A DNA stretch of 46,500 nt from an uncultured Hyphomicrobiales bacterium (GCA_964402405.1 CAYOCE010000004.1:1-46500); one strand, 5' to 3'. Positions 1 to 10,559 are shown, counted from the first letter of the stretch. Notes: generated from the letters alone by a model not told the origin. Made by a program: numbers and translations.

Positions 1-727
1 CCTCATCAAAAGCCTCTTCTCGACCATCTCGATCTGCTTGGGTTTTCATGTCAACAGACATATACATTCTTGCCTCATCTGGAGTCCAAGAAAGACGGTC
101 AAGTTCATAATAGGCTCGCTCCATAATTGCATCACTCCCAATGATTTCCTTCAGGTCATCTGGATCCGTCTCCGGGGCATTCTTCAAGAAATAACACCAC
201 TTTTGAATCATGGTTTTCAGATCTTTCTTCGAAACCTTAAACTTTGGAAGCTCAACAAACGAAAATGAAAAATCTTTCAAATCATTTTCCAAGGTCTTCT
301 CATCTAATATCTTATGGTACGAGATATAATCAGATTTTCCTGGAAACACGATAAAATTAGTAATGGCCAAGAAAATCACCGCCTTCAGATCCTTATATTC
401 GGTGCCCTTGTCCCGTTGGTCAATGTAAGTCCTTGCCGCATAATATTGGGCACGTCTTTCAAAGCCAGGGTCTCTTGCAATCTGCATTTCGATAATAAAG
501 AGATCGCCCTTCAAGTCCTTACATAAGATATCCACAATACTCTGACGCTTACTGGCAACCTCCGGATCCTGATTTGTCTTGAGAAAGGTCACCTCTTCGA
601 TAGGATTGACCGTGCGCGCAAAGACATCATTCAGAAAATGAATCAGAATATCTTTGTTTTTCTCCGTTCCAAAGATTCTTTTAAATGCCCAGTCATTCTT
701 GGGGTCTAAAAATTTACCAATTATCAT
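1..727 (-). CDS. Rpn/YhgA-family recombination-promoting nuclease (PD-(D/E)XK, 'putative transposase'); C-terminus lies beyond the window edge
   Basis: Absent from the ORF track because it runs off the window. I translated the reverse complement from the ATG at 725-727, and the frame stays open to base 1 (242 codons): MIIGKFLDPKNDWAFKRIFGTEKNKDILIHFLNDVFARTVNPIEEVTFL...IVDILCKD...LFIIEMQIARDPGFERRAQYYAARTY... It is colinear with, and clearly paralogous to, the ORF at 9357-10322. Confidence 0.8.
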   Translation of the reverse strand, partial: MIIGKFLDPKNDWAFKRIFGTEKNKDILIHFLNDVFARTVNPIEEVTFLKTNQDPEVASKRQSIVDILCKDLKGDLFIIEMQIARDPGFERRAQYYAARTYIDQRDKGTEYKDLKAVIFLAITNFIVFPGKSDYISYHKILDEKTLENDLKDFSFSFVELPKFKVSKKDLKTMIQKWCYFLKNAPETDPDDLKEIIGSDAIMERAYYELDRLSWTPDEARMYMSVDMKTQADRDGREEAFDE

Positions 728-832
728 AATGCATTGTCCTTGCTGAATTTCAACACATCATATCAATCAACAAAAACTCTTGCAAGTCTTTTTTACGTAT
801 TTTTTATAATAATTATAAAATATATAAACGAC

Positions 833-3622
833 TTACTCCAACTCCAACACCGCTTCATGGCATCTATTGCATATATCCTGATGACTTGGGATGTTCCCAA
901 CTTCCTCTAACACCCGCCAACACCTAGCGCATTTAGTACCCGGAGCCATGAAAATAACAGCCCCCACATGAGGGACGCCTTCTAGGACAAAGGCTCCGTC
1001 GGGAATGTTTCTAAGGACTACTTCTATATGGGAAGCAATCATGATCTCCGCCAAAGGAAACTCATGGACCTTGTTTGCCAACGGATGATTATCTAAATAA
1101 AGACTAACCCCTGCCTGTAGGCTCGATCCCAAATGACCCTGGGCACGTTCGCGTTCAATGGCACCCGTGACAACCCGACGAATATCTCGCAGTTGATCCC
1201 ACACCTTTCCAAGATCTGGCTGATGCCATTCTTTAGGAACAGCTGAAAAATCCTCCAGGTGAATACTAAGGGCATTGGCGCCGTGATACGTGCGCCAAAC
1301 CTCCTCAGCCGTGAAAGATAAAATAGGAGCAAACCAACGGGTCAAATGATCAAAGAGTTGCTTCAAAATATACAGAGTAGACTGGCACGCCTTGCTGTTA
1401 CGGCTATCGCAGTACAATGTATCCTTACGAATATCGAAATAGAGCGCCGACAAATCCACGGCACAAAATTGATAAAGTTCCTTGAACAAGCCATGGAAAT
1501 CGTAGCTGATGGATTTTTCACGCACCACCTGATCCAACTCAGAAAGTCGATGGAGAACCCATTTCTCAAGGGATGGCAGTTGATCATAGGAAATATCCTG
1601 AATCGTAACGCCGGTGATATTTCCTAAAATGTATCTAAACGTATTCCGAAGTTTCCGATAGATATCTTCTTGACGTTTGATGATTTCTGATCCAATACGT
1701 AGATCCTCGCTATAGTCAGATCCCAATACCCATAGGCGCAAAATATCCGCCCCGTGTTTTTCAATCAATTCATCCAGAGATACCGCATTTCCCTGGGATT
1801 TGGACATCTTGTAGCCCTGGGCATCCACCACGAACCCATGGGTTAACACGGCTTTGTAGGGCGCAACGCCCCGTGTTCCCACAGATTCCAGAAGGGAACT
1901 ATGAAACCATCCCCGATGTTGATCAGAACCCTCTAAATACAAATCCGCAGGCCACGCGAGATCAGTTTTTCCCTCTAACACAAAGCTATGGGTACAGCCA
2001 CTTTCAAACCACACATCCACAATGTCCTGGCATTTCTCATAGTCCTTAGGATTATGATCTGGGGCTAAAAATCTTTCCTCAACACCAGCTTCGAACCACA
2101 AATCCGATCCATCCTTGGCAATGGCCTCATAAATACGTTGATTGACTTTATCATCCTTCAGAGGTTGTCCTGTTTCCTTATGCACAAACAACGCAATGGG
2201 AACGCCCCATGCCCGCTGGCGGGATAGACACCAATCAGGACGCGTGGCAATCATAGACGTGATACGGTTTTCCCCTTGACTCGGAATCCACTTGGTTTTT
2301 TTGATAGCTTCCAGAGCCTTAGACCTGAGATCATTGGCCTCCATGGAAATAAACCACTGGGGAGTCGTTCTAAAAATCAACGGGGCCTTGGACCTCCAAG
2401 AATGGGGATAACTGTGGAAGATTTCTGTTTTATGGAGCAATGCCCCCACATCCTCCAGCGCCTGCATCACCGGTTCATTGGCCTTGAATACATGGATTCC
2501 CTTGAACAGGGGCACATGGTCATAATAAACCCCATCATCCCCCACAGTTTGGGGAATCTCGATACCATATTTCTGACCTACGGCAAAGTCCTCTACGCCA
2601 TGACCAGGGGCTGTATGCACAAAGCCGGTTCCCTGATCTGTCGTTACATGATCCCCTGCCAACAAGGGCACATCAAAGTCATAGCCTTGACCATGGAACG
2701 GATGATGGGCAATAGTGCCTGCCAAATCAGATCCTTGAACTGTTCCTAAAACTTGATGCTGATTGACTTCTACTTCCTTGAGAAAGGCTGGCACCAAATC
2801 TTTGGCGACGACGTATTTTTTGCCCTTCAGTTTTGGATGATCCTCCATCAGCAACACCTGATAAGCAACATCACTATGATAGGCAATGGCTCTGTTCCCC
2901 GGGATTGTCCAGGGGGTGGTCGTCCAGATCACAACCTCGGTATCCTTCAACAAATCATGCCCTGTTTTCACAACGGGAAACCCAACATAAATGCTGGGCG
3001 AGGTTTTATCCTTATATTCAACCTCAGCTTCAGCCAAGGCAGTTTTTTCAATAACGGACCACTGGATAGGCCGGACGCCTTTATAGAGCCCCCCATTCAT
3101 CAAGAATTTGAAAATCTCCTGAACAATTGCCGCTTCGGAAGTAAAATCCATGGTGATATAAGGGTTTTTCCAATCCCCTAAAACCCCCAGGCGCTGAAAT
3201 TCTTGGGCCTGAATACCCACCCATTTCGCCGCAAAGTTTCGACACTCTGAACGAAACTCAATGACGGGCACATGGTCCTTGTTTTTTCCCTGCTTTTTAT
3301 ACTCGGTTTCCACCATCCATTCGATGGGCAGACCATGGCAATCCCATCCGGAAATGTAGGGAGCTTTTTTCCCCAGCATGCGCTGATACTTCATCACCAC
3401 GTCCTTGAGGATTTTATTCAGGGCATGGCCGATGTGCAAATGCCCATTGGCGTACGGGGGGCCATCATGCAACATGAAGATGTCTTTTTTGGATTGAGCC
3501 TTCAACGCCTCATACAAATTTGCCTGTTGCCATGTGGCCAAAATCTCAGCCTCCTTCTGGGGCAAAGACGCCTTCATGGGAAAATCCGTCTTGGGCAGAA
3601 ATACTGTGTTCTTGTAATCCAT
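833..3622 (-). CDS. ileS: isoleucine--tRNA ligase
   Basis: 929-aa ORF with the class I HIGH motif (PYANGHLHIGHALNK), KMSKS (GYKMSKSQGN) and a C-terminal zinc-binding Cys cluster (CARCW...CNRC). Length and layout are typical of IleRS. Confidence 0.97.
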   Translation of the reverse strand: MDYKNTVFLPKTDFPMKASLPQKEAEILATWQQANLYEALKAQSKKDIFMLHDGPPYANGHLHIGHALNKILKDVVMKYQRMLGKKAPYISGWDCHGLPIEWMVETEYKKQGKNKDHVPVIEFRSECRNFAAKWVGIQAQEFQRLGVLGDWKNPYITMDFTSEAAIVQEIFKFLMNGGLYKGVRPIQWSVIEKTALAEAEVEYKDKTSPSIYVGFPVVKTGHDLLKDTEVVIWTTTPWTIPGNRAIAYHSDVAYQVLLMEDHPKLKGKKYVVAKDLVPAFLKEVEVNQHQVLGTVQGSDLAGTIAHHPFHGQGYDFDVPLLAGDHVTTDQGTGFVHTAPGHGVEDFAVGQKYGIEIPQTVGDDGVYYDHVPLFKGIHVFKANEPVMQALEDVGALLHKTEIFHSYPHSWRSKAPLIFRTTPQWFISMEANDLRSKALEAIKKTKWIPSQGENRITSMIATRPDWCLSRQRAWGVPIALFVHKETGQPLKDDKVNQRIYEAIAKDGSDLWFEAGVEERFLAPDHNPKDYEKCQDIVDVWFESGCTHSFVLEGKTDLAWPADLYLEGSDQHRGWFHSSLLESVGTRGVAPYKAVLTHGFVVDAQGYKMSKSQGNAVSLDELIEKHGADILRLWVLGSDYSEDLRIGSEIIKRQEDIYRKLRNTFRYILGNITGVTIQDISYDQLPSLEKWVLHRLSELDQVVREKSISYDFHGLFKELYQFCAVDLSALYFDIRKDTLYCDSRNSKACQSTLYILKQLFDHLTRWFAPILSFTAEEVWRTYHGANALSIHLEDFSAVPKEWHQPDLGKVWDQLRDIRRVVTGAIERERAQGHLGSSLQAGVSLYLDNHPLANKVHEFPLAEIMIASHIEVVLRNIPDGAFVLEGVPHVGAVIFMAPGTKCARCWRVLEEVGNIPSHQDICNRCHEAVLELE

Positions 3623-3703
3623 TTTTTGTTCCTAATAATTGTAGGGAGTTAATTATAACAACCTGAGTTCTGGATAAGAATAGCGTAAACATTAAAAATC
3701 GAC

Positions 3704-3864
3704 GTCATCCTGAGCCGTGAGCGCAGCGAGCGTGCGTAAGGATCCAAGACACATGAGAGGGCGTAGCCCTCACTTTATAAAGAAAAAACAAAGTGAAGGC
3801 TGCGCCTTCCCATTTGTGCTGGACCCGCAGGCAGCGCTCGCTAAAGCTCGCTGCTCAGGATGAC
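3704..3864. repeat. GC-rich palindromic MITE-like element, copy 1 (full length)
   Basis: The termini gtcatcctgagc (3704-3715) and gctcaggatgac (3853-3864) are exact reverse complements. Inner arms also pair (agggcgtagccctcacttt / aaagtgaaggctgcgccttcc). It shares modules (gtgagcgNagcgagcg, ggatcc, cccatttgtgctgg) with the copies at 5743-5948 and 13408-13530. Confidence 0.75.
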
Positions 3865-3974
3865 ATAAAAAGTAGTCATAAAGCGATTCTTGTCCAAAAC
3901 TCAGGCCATAATAAAGGGTTTTCCCATTTTCAGCTAGGAAGATCAAGGAAAATTTTGAAAGGATCTAGACAAGT

Positions 3975-4625
3975 TTACTCTTCAGTGGGATCGACATACT
4001 CAACTCGTGCGGGGGGGCCTACTTGAGTACCATCGAGAAGAAGATATGCACCCTCAAGGAGAGGGAGAAATCTAAGGACTTTACCCGGGCGGCACTCAGG
4101 ATCTCCGAGTTCTTGAGTAATGGATGCCATTTCTCTTGCATCAGCCGCTTCGGCATCTGTATAAAGCCCCCTCTCATAAAGCTCCTTCTCAATGTCCTTT
4201 TTAGACAAATCTTCCGCAATCCCTTCTAACGGTCTATCATTGAACAGGATTTCATATGCCACATGATCTATCCTTAAAAATCTATATGTTTCTTTATTCA
4301 CCAACTCAGGATGAAGGTTTCTAGTTGTTAAGATCATTCTGCCAGGAACCCTTCCTCTGGCAGCAGGAATTTGAAATTGCGCCTCACCATCGCGACTAGT
4401 CATCTGGATATACTCGTTATCCCGATCCCCACTTATGTCAGTTCCCGTTGCATCAACTGTAAGACCTGTGATGGTTACTGGTACCTCAAGGAAATTCTTA
4501 ATAATAATTTTTTTACATGGAGCACTTGTGTCTGAGATAGACCCTTCTTCAGCAGATAAATGGAGAGCATCTGCCGTGTTGAGTAATGGTAAGAGCAAGA
4601 CAAAAAAGAAGATTAGTTTTTTCAT
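3975..4625 (-). CDS. hypothetical secreted protein
   Basis: ORF 3975-4634. The likely start is the internal ATG giving MKKLIFFFVLLLPLLNTADA, a signal-peptide-like N-terminus. No family recognised. Confidence 0.55.
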   Translation of the reverse strand: MKKLIFFFVLLLPLLNTADALHLSAEEGSISDTSAPCKKIIIKNFLEVPVTITGLTVDATGTDISGDRDNEYIQMTSRDGEAQFQIPAARGRVPGRMILTTRNLHPELVNKETYRFLRIDHVAYEILFNDRPLEGIAEDLSKKDIEKELYERGLYTDAEAADAREMASITQELGDPECRPGKVLRFLPLLEGAYLLLDGTQVGPPARVEYVDPTEE

Positions 4626-4747
4626 AATATACATCCTTATTTTAAGTTAGCCAAATGTAGCTGCTTTTTATTTGTTGTTCAATAATTTTAGTACTCTAGA
4701 CAACAGATTTAAGTAGTAAAGAAGATCATTTGAAAGAGAGGGCGTAT

Positions 4748-5233
4748 TTAAGGCCGTAACGCTTTCGCCAATTTATCCAACACGCCATTCACAAACCCTG
4801 ATTCTTTTTCATCATAGAAGGTGTGGGTCAAGTTCACGTATTCAGATACAATAATGCGGGCGGGAGTATCGGGACATTGCAGCAATTCAAAAGTCCCCGC
4901 CTCAAGAATGACCCGTAGCACCAATTCAATGCGATCAAAGGGCCAGTCCTCCCGTAGGTTTTGGGTGATCAAGTGATGAATATTCTCTTGATTCACAAGG
5001 ACACCCTGAACAATGGTTTCAAAGAGCTCCAGATTCATGGGAATATCTGTGCCTTCAGGGGTTTGAGGGCCCTTGAAATGACCTGAGAATTCCTTTATAC
5101 CCTGGGAAACAGGCGTCTTGGTGATGTAGTGTTGATACAGGGCCTGAATGGCTGCCAAGCGCGCCGCACTCCGCTTTGATAAAGGATGGGGCTTCTCTTG
5201 AGGTTCTATTTGTGGTTCTAATGAGTCTGACAT
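4748..5233 (-). CDS. nusB: transcription antitermination factor NusB
   Basis: 161 aa. The core RSAARLAAIQALYQ... and the size are typical of NusB. Confidence 0.9.
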   Translation of the reverse strand: MSDSLEPQIEPQEKPHPLSKRSAARLAAIQALYQHYITKTPVSQGIKEFSGHFKGPQTPEGTDIPMNLELFETIVQGVLVNQENIHHLITQNLREDWPFDRIELVLRVILEAGTFELLQCPDTPARIIVSEYVNLTHTFYDEKESGFVNGVLDKLAKALRP

Positions 5234-5248
5234 TAATATATAAATCCT

Positions 5249-5707
5249 TTAAACTTCTTCTTTTTTCAGTGTTTCAATCAGCTCTTCGAAATCCTTCGCC
5301 TCGGCAAAATCTTTGTAAACGGACGCAAAACGAATGTAGGCTACGGGATCCAGGGTCTTTAAGGAATCCAAAACCATCTCACCAATTTGTTTGGTGCTAA
5401 CCTCAGATTCCCCACTGGATTCCAATTTGCGCACAATACTATTGATTACGCGTTCTACTTGTTCCGTATCCATACCCCGTTTACGAACGGCGGAATACAC
5501 AGATCTGGCCAACTTCTCTCGCTCAAACGGGGTTCGATCGCCGCTTTTTTTCAGGATGGTGATTTCACACAATTGCACCCGCTCAAAAGTCGTAAAGCGC
5601 GATCCACATTGGGGGCAACCCCGGCGTCGGCGAATGGCAACACCATCCTCCGAAGGCCTGGAGTCCTTGACTTGCGTATCTAAATATCCACAAAATGGAC
5701 AGCGCAT
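5249..5707 (-). CDS. nrdR: transcriptional repressor NrdR
   Basis: MRCPFCG...[12 protein letters not shown] zinc ribbon followed by an ATP-cone. 152 aa. Confidence 0.95.
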   Translation of the reverse strand: MRCPFCGYLDTQVKDSRPSEDGVAIRRRRGCPQCGSRFTTFERVQLCEITILKKSGDRTPFEREKLARSVYSAVRKRGMDTEQVERVINSIVRKLESSGESEVSTKQIGEMVLDSLKTLDPVAYIRFASVYKDFAEAKDFEELIETLKKEEV

Positions 5708-5742
5708 TTATGATCCTTTACTTTTATGCATTTCTTTTTACC

Positions 5743-5948
5743 GTCATCCCGGACGAAGCGCAGGGCCCCGAAGGGGCACCAGCAAAGATCCGGGCCCCAG
5801 GGATTATGGGAGGACGACTCGCCACGGCGAAGCCTTTGGCGTAGCCGGGAGTCCTCACCTTATTTTTCTTTATAGGGTGATGGCTTACGCCATCCCATTT
5901 GTGCTGGGTCCCAGGTCTGCGTTCGCAAGCTCACTTGCCTGGGATGAC
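5743..5948. repeat. GC-rich palindromic MITE-like element, copy 2 (full length)
   Basis: Termini are gtcatcccgg (5743-5752) and cctgggatgac (5938-5948). It contains gattatgggaggacgactcgccacg and cctcacYttatttttctttat, shared with copy 3, and cccatttgtgctgg, shared with copy 1. It sits between nrdR and glyA. Confidence 0.75.
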
Positions 5949-5967
5949 GTCAATAAGGCAGCAACCC

Positions 5968-7248
5968 TCATCCCACCCGTGTATAAATCGGAAATGTCTT
6001 ACACATGGCAACAACGCGTTTCTTTACCTCTTGCTCAATCGCCCTATTTCCATCGATACCACTTGCTCCAAGGCCCTCGAGAACAATATTAATCAATTCG
6101 GCGGTTGCTTCAAAATCACCTTCTTTAAATCCCCGCGTTGTCATGGCGGGGCTACCCAACCGAATGCCCGAGGTAATTCTGGGGCTGGTGGGATCAAAAG
6201 GAATGGCATTTTTGTTGCATATCAAACCAGCGCGCTCCAGGCTACGTTCCGCATCTTGTCCCGTCACACCCTTGGGGCGCAAATCCACCAAAATCAAGTG
6301 AGAATCAGTTCCCCCAGAAGCCAAATGATATCCATTCTGTAACATGGCTTTGGCCAGCGCTTGGGCATTTTTAACAATCTGATGCGCATAGGTTTTAAAC
6401 GCCGGTTGTAAGGCCTCGCCAAAGGCAACAGCCTTGGCGGCAATCACGTGCATCAAGGGCCCCCCTTGCAGGCCTGGAAAAATCGCGGAATTTATTTTCT
6501 TAATCAAATCCTCGTCATTGGTCAGGATAATACCGCCCCTAGGCCCCCTGAGAGTCTTATGAGTCGTACTGGTCACCACATGAGCATGATCACACGGATT
6601 GGGATAAACACCTCCCGCCACAAGTCCTGAGAAATGGGCCATATCCACCATTAAATAGGCGCCCACCTCATCAGCAATGGCGCGGAATCTTTTGAAATCA
6701 ATGATTCGAGAATAGGCGGAACCACCGGCAATAATAATCTTGGGGTTATGTTGAAAGGCTAGGTCTCTCACCTGATCATAATCAATGAGATGTGTATCAG
6801 GATGCACATCATAGGGAACCGGATGAAACCATTTGCCTGACATGTTTACAGGGGATCCGTGGGTTAGATGTCCCCCCGCATTTAGACCCATGCCCAGGAA
6901 GGTATCCCCTGGATTCATCAAGGCCAAAAATACCGCCTGATTGGCCTGGGATCCTGAGTGAGGCTGCACATTGGCAAACTTACAATTCATCAACTTGGTG
7001 AGTCGTTCGATTGCCAGAGTTTCCACCTGATCCACATATTCACAACCGCCGTAATACCGTTTTCCGGGATATCCTTCAGCATACTTGTTAGTAAGGATAG
7101 ACCCTTGGGCATTCAAGACCGCTTGCGATACCAGATTTTCCGACGCAATCAGCTCAATGTTGTCCTGCTGCCGGACCAAATCCTTTTGAATTAGATCAAA
7201 GAGACCTGAATCTGTGGTTTGCAAAGGCTCTTCAAAAAAGTGCTTCAT
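5968..7248 (-). CDS. glyA: serine hydroxymethyltransferase
   Basis: 426 aa with the canonical SHMT block [16 protein letters not shown] (PLP lysine) and an N-terminal LIASEN motif. Confidence 0.97.
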   Translation of the reverse strand: MKHFFEEPLQTTDSGLFDLIQKDLVRQQDNIELIASENLVSQAVLNAQGSILTNKYAEGYPGKRYYGGCEYVDQVETLAIERLTKLMNCKFANVQPHSGSQANQAVFLALMNPGDTFLGMGLNAGGHLTHGSPVNMSGKWFHPVPYDVHPDTHLIDYDQVRDLAFQHNPKIIIAGGSAYSRIIDFKRFRAIADEVGAYLMVDMAHFSGLVAGGVYPNPCDHAHVVTSTTHKTLRGPRGGIILTNDEDLIKKINSAIFPGLQGGPLMHVIAAKAVAFGEALQPAFKTYAHQIVKNAQALAKAMLQNGYHLASGGTDSHLILVDLRPKGVTGQDAERSLERAGLICNKNAIPFDPTSPRITSGIRLGSPAMTTRGFKEGDFEATAELINIVLEGLGASGIDGNRAIEQEVKKRVVAMCKTFPIYTRVG

Positions 7249-7258
7249 AGATACTCCT

Positions 7259-9022
7259 TTAGCCTTTGGTAAAAATTTCCCACCAAGAGGCTTTATATTT
7301 TTGTTGCTCTAAAACCTTTCCTTTTGCCCCCAGGCGCATGATATACCACTGTTGGCCAATGGCTAAAACGTTGCTCCATGTCCAATACAAAACCAAGCCC
7401 GCTGGGAATTGGGCCAGCAAATAGGTGAAAAAGAACGGCATGATCAAAAATACCTTGGCCTGCATAGGATCCATGGGCTGGGGATTCAGCTTTTGTTGCA
7501 ATAGCATGGTCACCCCCATCAACACAGGCAGAACCCCGATCATTAGGAATCCTGGCGGTGTCCAAGGGATCAAGCCGAACAAATTAAATAAGGTTGTGGG
7601 ATCCGGGGCAGATAGATCATGAATCCATCCGTAGAACGGCGCATGACGCATTTCCAAGGTTACAAACAAAACCTTATAAAGGGCAAAGAACACAGGAATC
7701 TGGATGAGCATGGGCAAACATCCAGCAACAGGGTTCACTTTATTTTTCTTGTAAAACTCCATCATTTCCTGATTCATGCGCATCTTATCATCGCCATACC
7801 GTTCCTTGATTTTCAACATCTCGGGTTGCAATTGGCGCATACGGCTCATGGATCTAAAGGATTTGTTGGCAAGGGGGAAGAATAGAGCGCGCATCAAAAT
7901 GGTCAATAGCAAGATCCCCAATCCAAAATTTCCTAACAAATTGTGGAAGAACGAAAGCGCATAGAAAATAGGCTTGGTGATAAAATAGAACCAGCCGAAA
8001 TCCACTGCCAAATCGAAGGATGGGATGTTCAACGCTTTCTCATACGCATCCAATAATTCAACGGATTTTGCCCCTGCAAAGAAATGGGTGGTGGTTTCTG
8101 TAGTTCCCTTTGGTGCCAACGAGACAACAGGCCCTCTGTAATCCGTTTGATAGTGATTCGCCTCTTTAACGGCACTCCCTCGGAAGTTCACTGTAATAGC
8201 ATCTGCTTGGCTGGGAATGAGGGCTGTCAACCAATACTTATCAGTTATCCCGAGCCATCCCCCTTGGGAAGACACCTCAATTTTTTTCTTCTCAATTAAA
8301 TCCTTGTAATTATGCTGATTGAGCTTGCTATTCAAATATCCAATAGGCCCCTCATAGGAAATAAAGAATTCAGAAACGGGTGGCGTTCCTCCCCTGGAAA
8401 TTAATGCATAAGAATTTAGATCAATAGTTGATTGGGAGAGGTTGTGAACCTTCTGATGAATAGTAAACATATAATTTTCGTCAACGGAAATGATACGTTC
8501 AAATAGCAGGCCCGAGGCACTTTTCCAGCTAAGAATAATGGGGGTATTAGGGGTGAGCTTTTCGCCCTCCACGTGCCATACCGTATCACTTCCAGGCAAA
8601 TCAATATCAACTGCAGACGATACCCAGCCGAATTCGGCGTAATAGGGATTTGCTGTATTGTTGGGAGCTAGCAATACAATTTCCAGGCTACTAGGATCAA
8701 TTTCTGTATGATATTTCACCAGGGTCAAATCATCAATCCGTCCGCCCCTAACGGTGATAGATCCCTTCAAAGAGGGCGTTTCGATGGGAATGCGTTTGTC
8801 GTTAGCAATTACCTCTGCCACCGCTTTTTCAATAGGCGCTGCAGGGGCTGTTGCGCTTGGAGCAATACCATTGCCTGCGGTTTGCTGCATCATAGATTGC
8901 TTTTGTTGTTGCTCCTGAATCATCGCTTCTGCGCGGGGTCGTTCATAAAAATAATGAAATCCCCCCAAAATCAATAGGCTGAGGGCCACAACCAAAAATA
9001 GATTTTTATTTTCCATATTCAT
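7259..9022 (-). CDS. yidC: membrane protein insertase YidC
   Basis: 587 aa. N-terminal TM helix, a large periplasmic domain and the C-terminal 60-kDa inner membrane insertase core ([16 protein letters not shown]). Confidence 0.95.
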   Translation of the reverse strand: MNMENKNLFLVVALSLLILGGFHYFYERPRAEAMIQEQQQKQSMMQQTAGNGIAPSATAPAAPIEKAVAEVIANDKRIPIETPSLKGSITVRGGRIDDLTLVKYHTEIDPSSLEIVLLAPNNTANPYYAEFGWVSSAVDIDLPGSDTVWHVEGEKLTPNTPIILSWKSASGLLFERIISVDENYMFTIHQKVHNLSQSTIDLNSYALISRGGTPPVSEFFISYEGPIGYLNSKLNQHNYKDLIEKKKIEVSSQGGWLGITDKYWLTALIPSQADAITVNFRGSAVKEANHYQTDYRGPVVSLAPKGTTETTTHFFAGAKSVELLDAYEKALNIPSFDLAVDFGWFYFITKPIFYALSFFHNLLGNFGLGILLLTILMRALFFPLANKSFRSMSRMRQLQPEMLKIKERYGDDKMRMNQEMMEFYKKNKVNPVAGCLPMLIQIPVFFALYKVLFVTLEMRHAPFYGWIHDLSAPDPTTLFNLFGLIPWTPPGFLMIGVLPVLMGVTMLLQQKLNPQPMDPMQAKVFLIMPFFFTYLLAQFPAGLVLYWTWSNVLAIGQQWYIMRLGAKGKVLEQQKYKASWWEIFTKG

Positions 9023-9269
9023 TTATCTTTCCTTTAATTTCTTTTCTGGGAACAGGGTCAACCCCATGTCCCCCAAACGGATGACACCTTAATAATCGCT
9101 GCAACACTAACCACATACCATAAAACCCATGGGAATTCAAAGCCTCTAATGCATATTCTGAACATGTAGGGAAATATCGGCACCGATGACCCAACCATGG
9201 CGAGAGGCATACCTTATAAAGACGAATCAATTTTTTTAGAACCCATATCATCCTTTGTTGGTATTGCAT
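9006..9269 (-). CDS. yidD: membrane protein insertion efficiency factor YidD
   Basis: 87 aa with the YidD signature [17 protein letters not shown]. It overlaps the yidC start by 17 nt, which is the usual yidD-yidC coupling. Confidence 0.85.
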   Translation of the reverse strand: MQYQQRMIWVLKKLIRLYKVCLSPWLGHRCRYFPTCSEYALEALNSHGFYGMWLVLQRLLRCHPFGGHGVDPVPRKEIKGKINEYGK

Positions 9270-9356
9270 GAGAGGACGGATGTCAATATTTACTGATACT
9301 TATGCCTATAGGACAATATTCTTAGATTTCCTACGCTCCTCTCCTAGGGACAAGGA

Positions 9357-10322
9357 TTATTCTTTTGCTGCTAACGTCAGCTGTTTAATTTCATCCTCAG
9401 GCAGCCCTGTAATTTGAGAAATAAAGGATAAAGCAGCATTTTGATTTAACATCTTCCGAGCAATATTTCTTTTGGCCTCTAGCATGCCTTTTTCAAGTCC
9501 TAACTTCTCTCCCTCGGTCAACCCTTCAGCTTTTCCTTCAGCTTTTCCCTCAGCTTTTCCCTCAGCTAATCCTGCTGCTAACCCTTCGGCCATACCTTCT
9601 TCATAGGCCTCTTCTTTGATGGCCCTATTAGACCAGTTCTTTTTGTCCACCGAGTCATAAGCATAAATATCTGCCTCCTTCCAATCATATTTATCCAACT
9701 CGTCATACGCTCGTTCGATAATTAAATCTGATCCTGCGATTTCCTTCATATCCTGTTTACTGGTTTCGGTAGCGTTCTTTAGGAAATAACACCACTTCTG
9801 CACCATCGTTTTTAAGTGCTCTTTTTCTACATTAAACTTGGGGAGTTCAATAAAAGAAAAAGAAAAATCTTTCAGGTCTCTCTCCAACGTTTTATGATCC
9901 AAAATCACATGATGGGACAAATAATCTTTCTTTTCGGGGAACAAAACAAAATCTGTGATAGCTAGGAAAATAACTGCCTTGAGATCTTTGTATGCAACGT
10001 TTTTAGTACGCTGTTCAATGTAGGCTTTCGCCGCATAATACAGGGCACGTTTTTCGAAACCACGTTCTCTTACAACCTGCATTTCTACAATGAAGCGCTC
10101 TCCATTCTCATCCTTGCAAAGAATATCAACGCTACTCATGCGTTGACCAACGGTTTCGGGCGTTTGAAAGGTGCTTAAAAAGGTGACCTCCTGAATAGGA
10201 TTAGTGGTTCTCGCAAAAATATCGTTCAAAAAATGAATGAGGATATCTTTGTTGCGTTCTGTCCCAAAGATCTTTTTAAAAGCCAAATCATTTTTAGGGT
10301 CTAAAAATCGTGCCATTGTCAT
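9357..10322 (-). CDS. Rpn/YhgA-family recombination-promoting nuclease (PD-(D/E)XK, 'putative transposase')
   Basis: 321 aa. N-terminal FLDPKNDLAFKKIFG...VDILCKD...FIVEMQ nuclease core. An (A/T)EG(K/L) low-complexity linker is followed by a C-terminal ...ISQITGLPEDEIKQL helix region typical of the family. Paralogue of the gene at 1-727. Confidence 0.85.
   Translation of the reverse strand: MTMARFLDPKNDLAFKKIFGTERNKDILIHFLNDIFARTTNPIQEVTFLSTFQTPETVGQRMSSVDILCKDENGERFIVEMQVVRERGFEKRALYYAAKAYIEQRTKNVAYKDLKAVIFLAITDFVLFPEKKDYLSHHVILDHKTLERDLKDFSFSFIELPKFNVEKEHLKTMVQKWCYFLKNATETSKQDMKEIAGSDLIIERAYDELDKYDWKEADIYAYDSVDKKNWSNRAIKEEAYEEGMAEGLAAGLAEGKAEGKAEGKAEGLTEGEKLGLEKGMLEAKRNIARKMLNQNAALSFISQITGLPEDEIKQLTLAAKE
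9526..9567. repeat. 12-bp in-frame tandem repeat (3.5 units) inside the Rpn gene
   Basis: tcagcttttccY occurs at 9526, 9538 and 9550, with a half unit at 9562. It encodes (AEGK)n on the minus strand. Confidence 0.85.
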
Positions 10323-10559
10323 AAAATAAATCCTTTCTCAAGATTAATCAATAGGGTAGATACCCCCCTAACAAATATCATTTCATGACATATGCTTATT
10401 GCTCTAAACAAATATTGTCAATATATTATTTTCTATAAACATATAAAATATTTTTAAAATAAATTTTTCTCAAAAAGGGAAGAATTTCCCTCTGTACTTT
10501 CCTTAAGGTGGGTGGTATAAATGTTCACTTCTTAAATCACCTAACCCTTGGATCAGAAA

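Noticed and set aside
772-794. aaaaactcttgcaagtctttttt, a palindrome with a T-run between ileS and the Rpn gene, as a terminator.
   Set aside because: The palindromic core (cttgcaag) is only 8 bp with no room for a loop. The T-run is on the plus strand, where no gene ends.
1093-3652. Multiple 70-157-aa ORFs on both strands inside the ileS region (for example 1346-1627, 2276-2749, 2753-3181, 3272-3652).
   Set aside because: They are nested within or antisense to the strongly supported 929-aa IleRS frame. Their translations are low-complexity or unrecognisable, and there is no independent start or RBS evidence.
5391-6342. Plus-strand ORFs of 233 aa (5391-6092) and 147 aa (5899-6342), and the 60-aa ORF at 13391-13573.
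   Set aside because: They are antisense to nrdR and glyA or run through the GC-rich palindromic repeat. Shared peptides such as DYGRTTRH and PSHLCW simply reflect translation of the repeat copies.
1-10322. Calling the Rpn genes insertion sequences or transposons.
   Set aside because: No terminal inverted repeats or target-site duplications were found around either copy. The 'transposase' label of this family is historical, so they are annotated as nuclease genes only.
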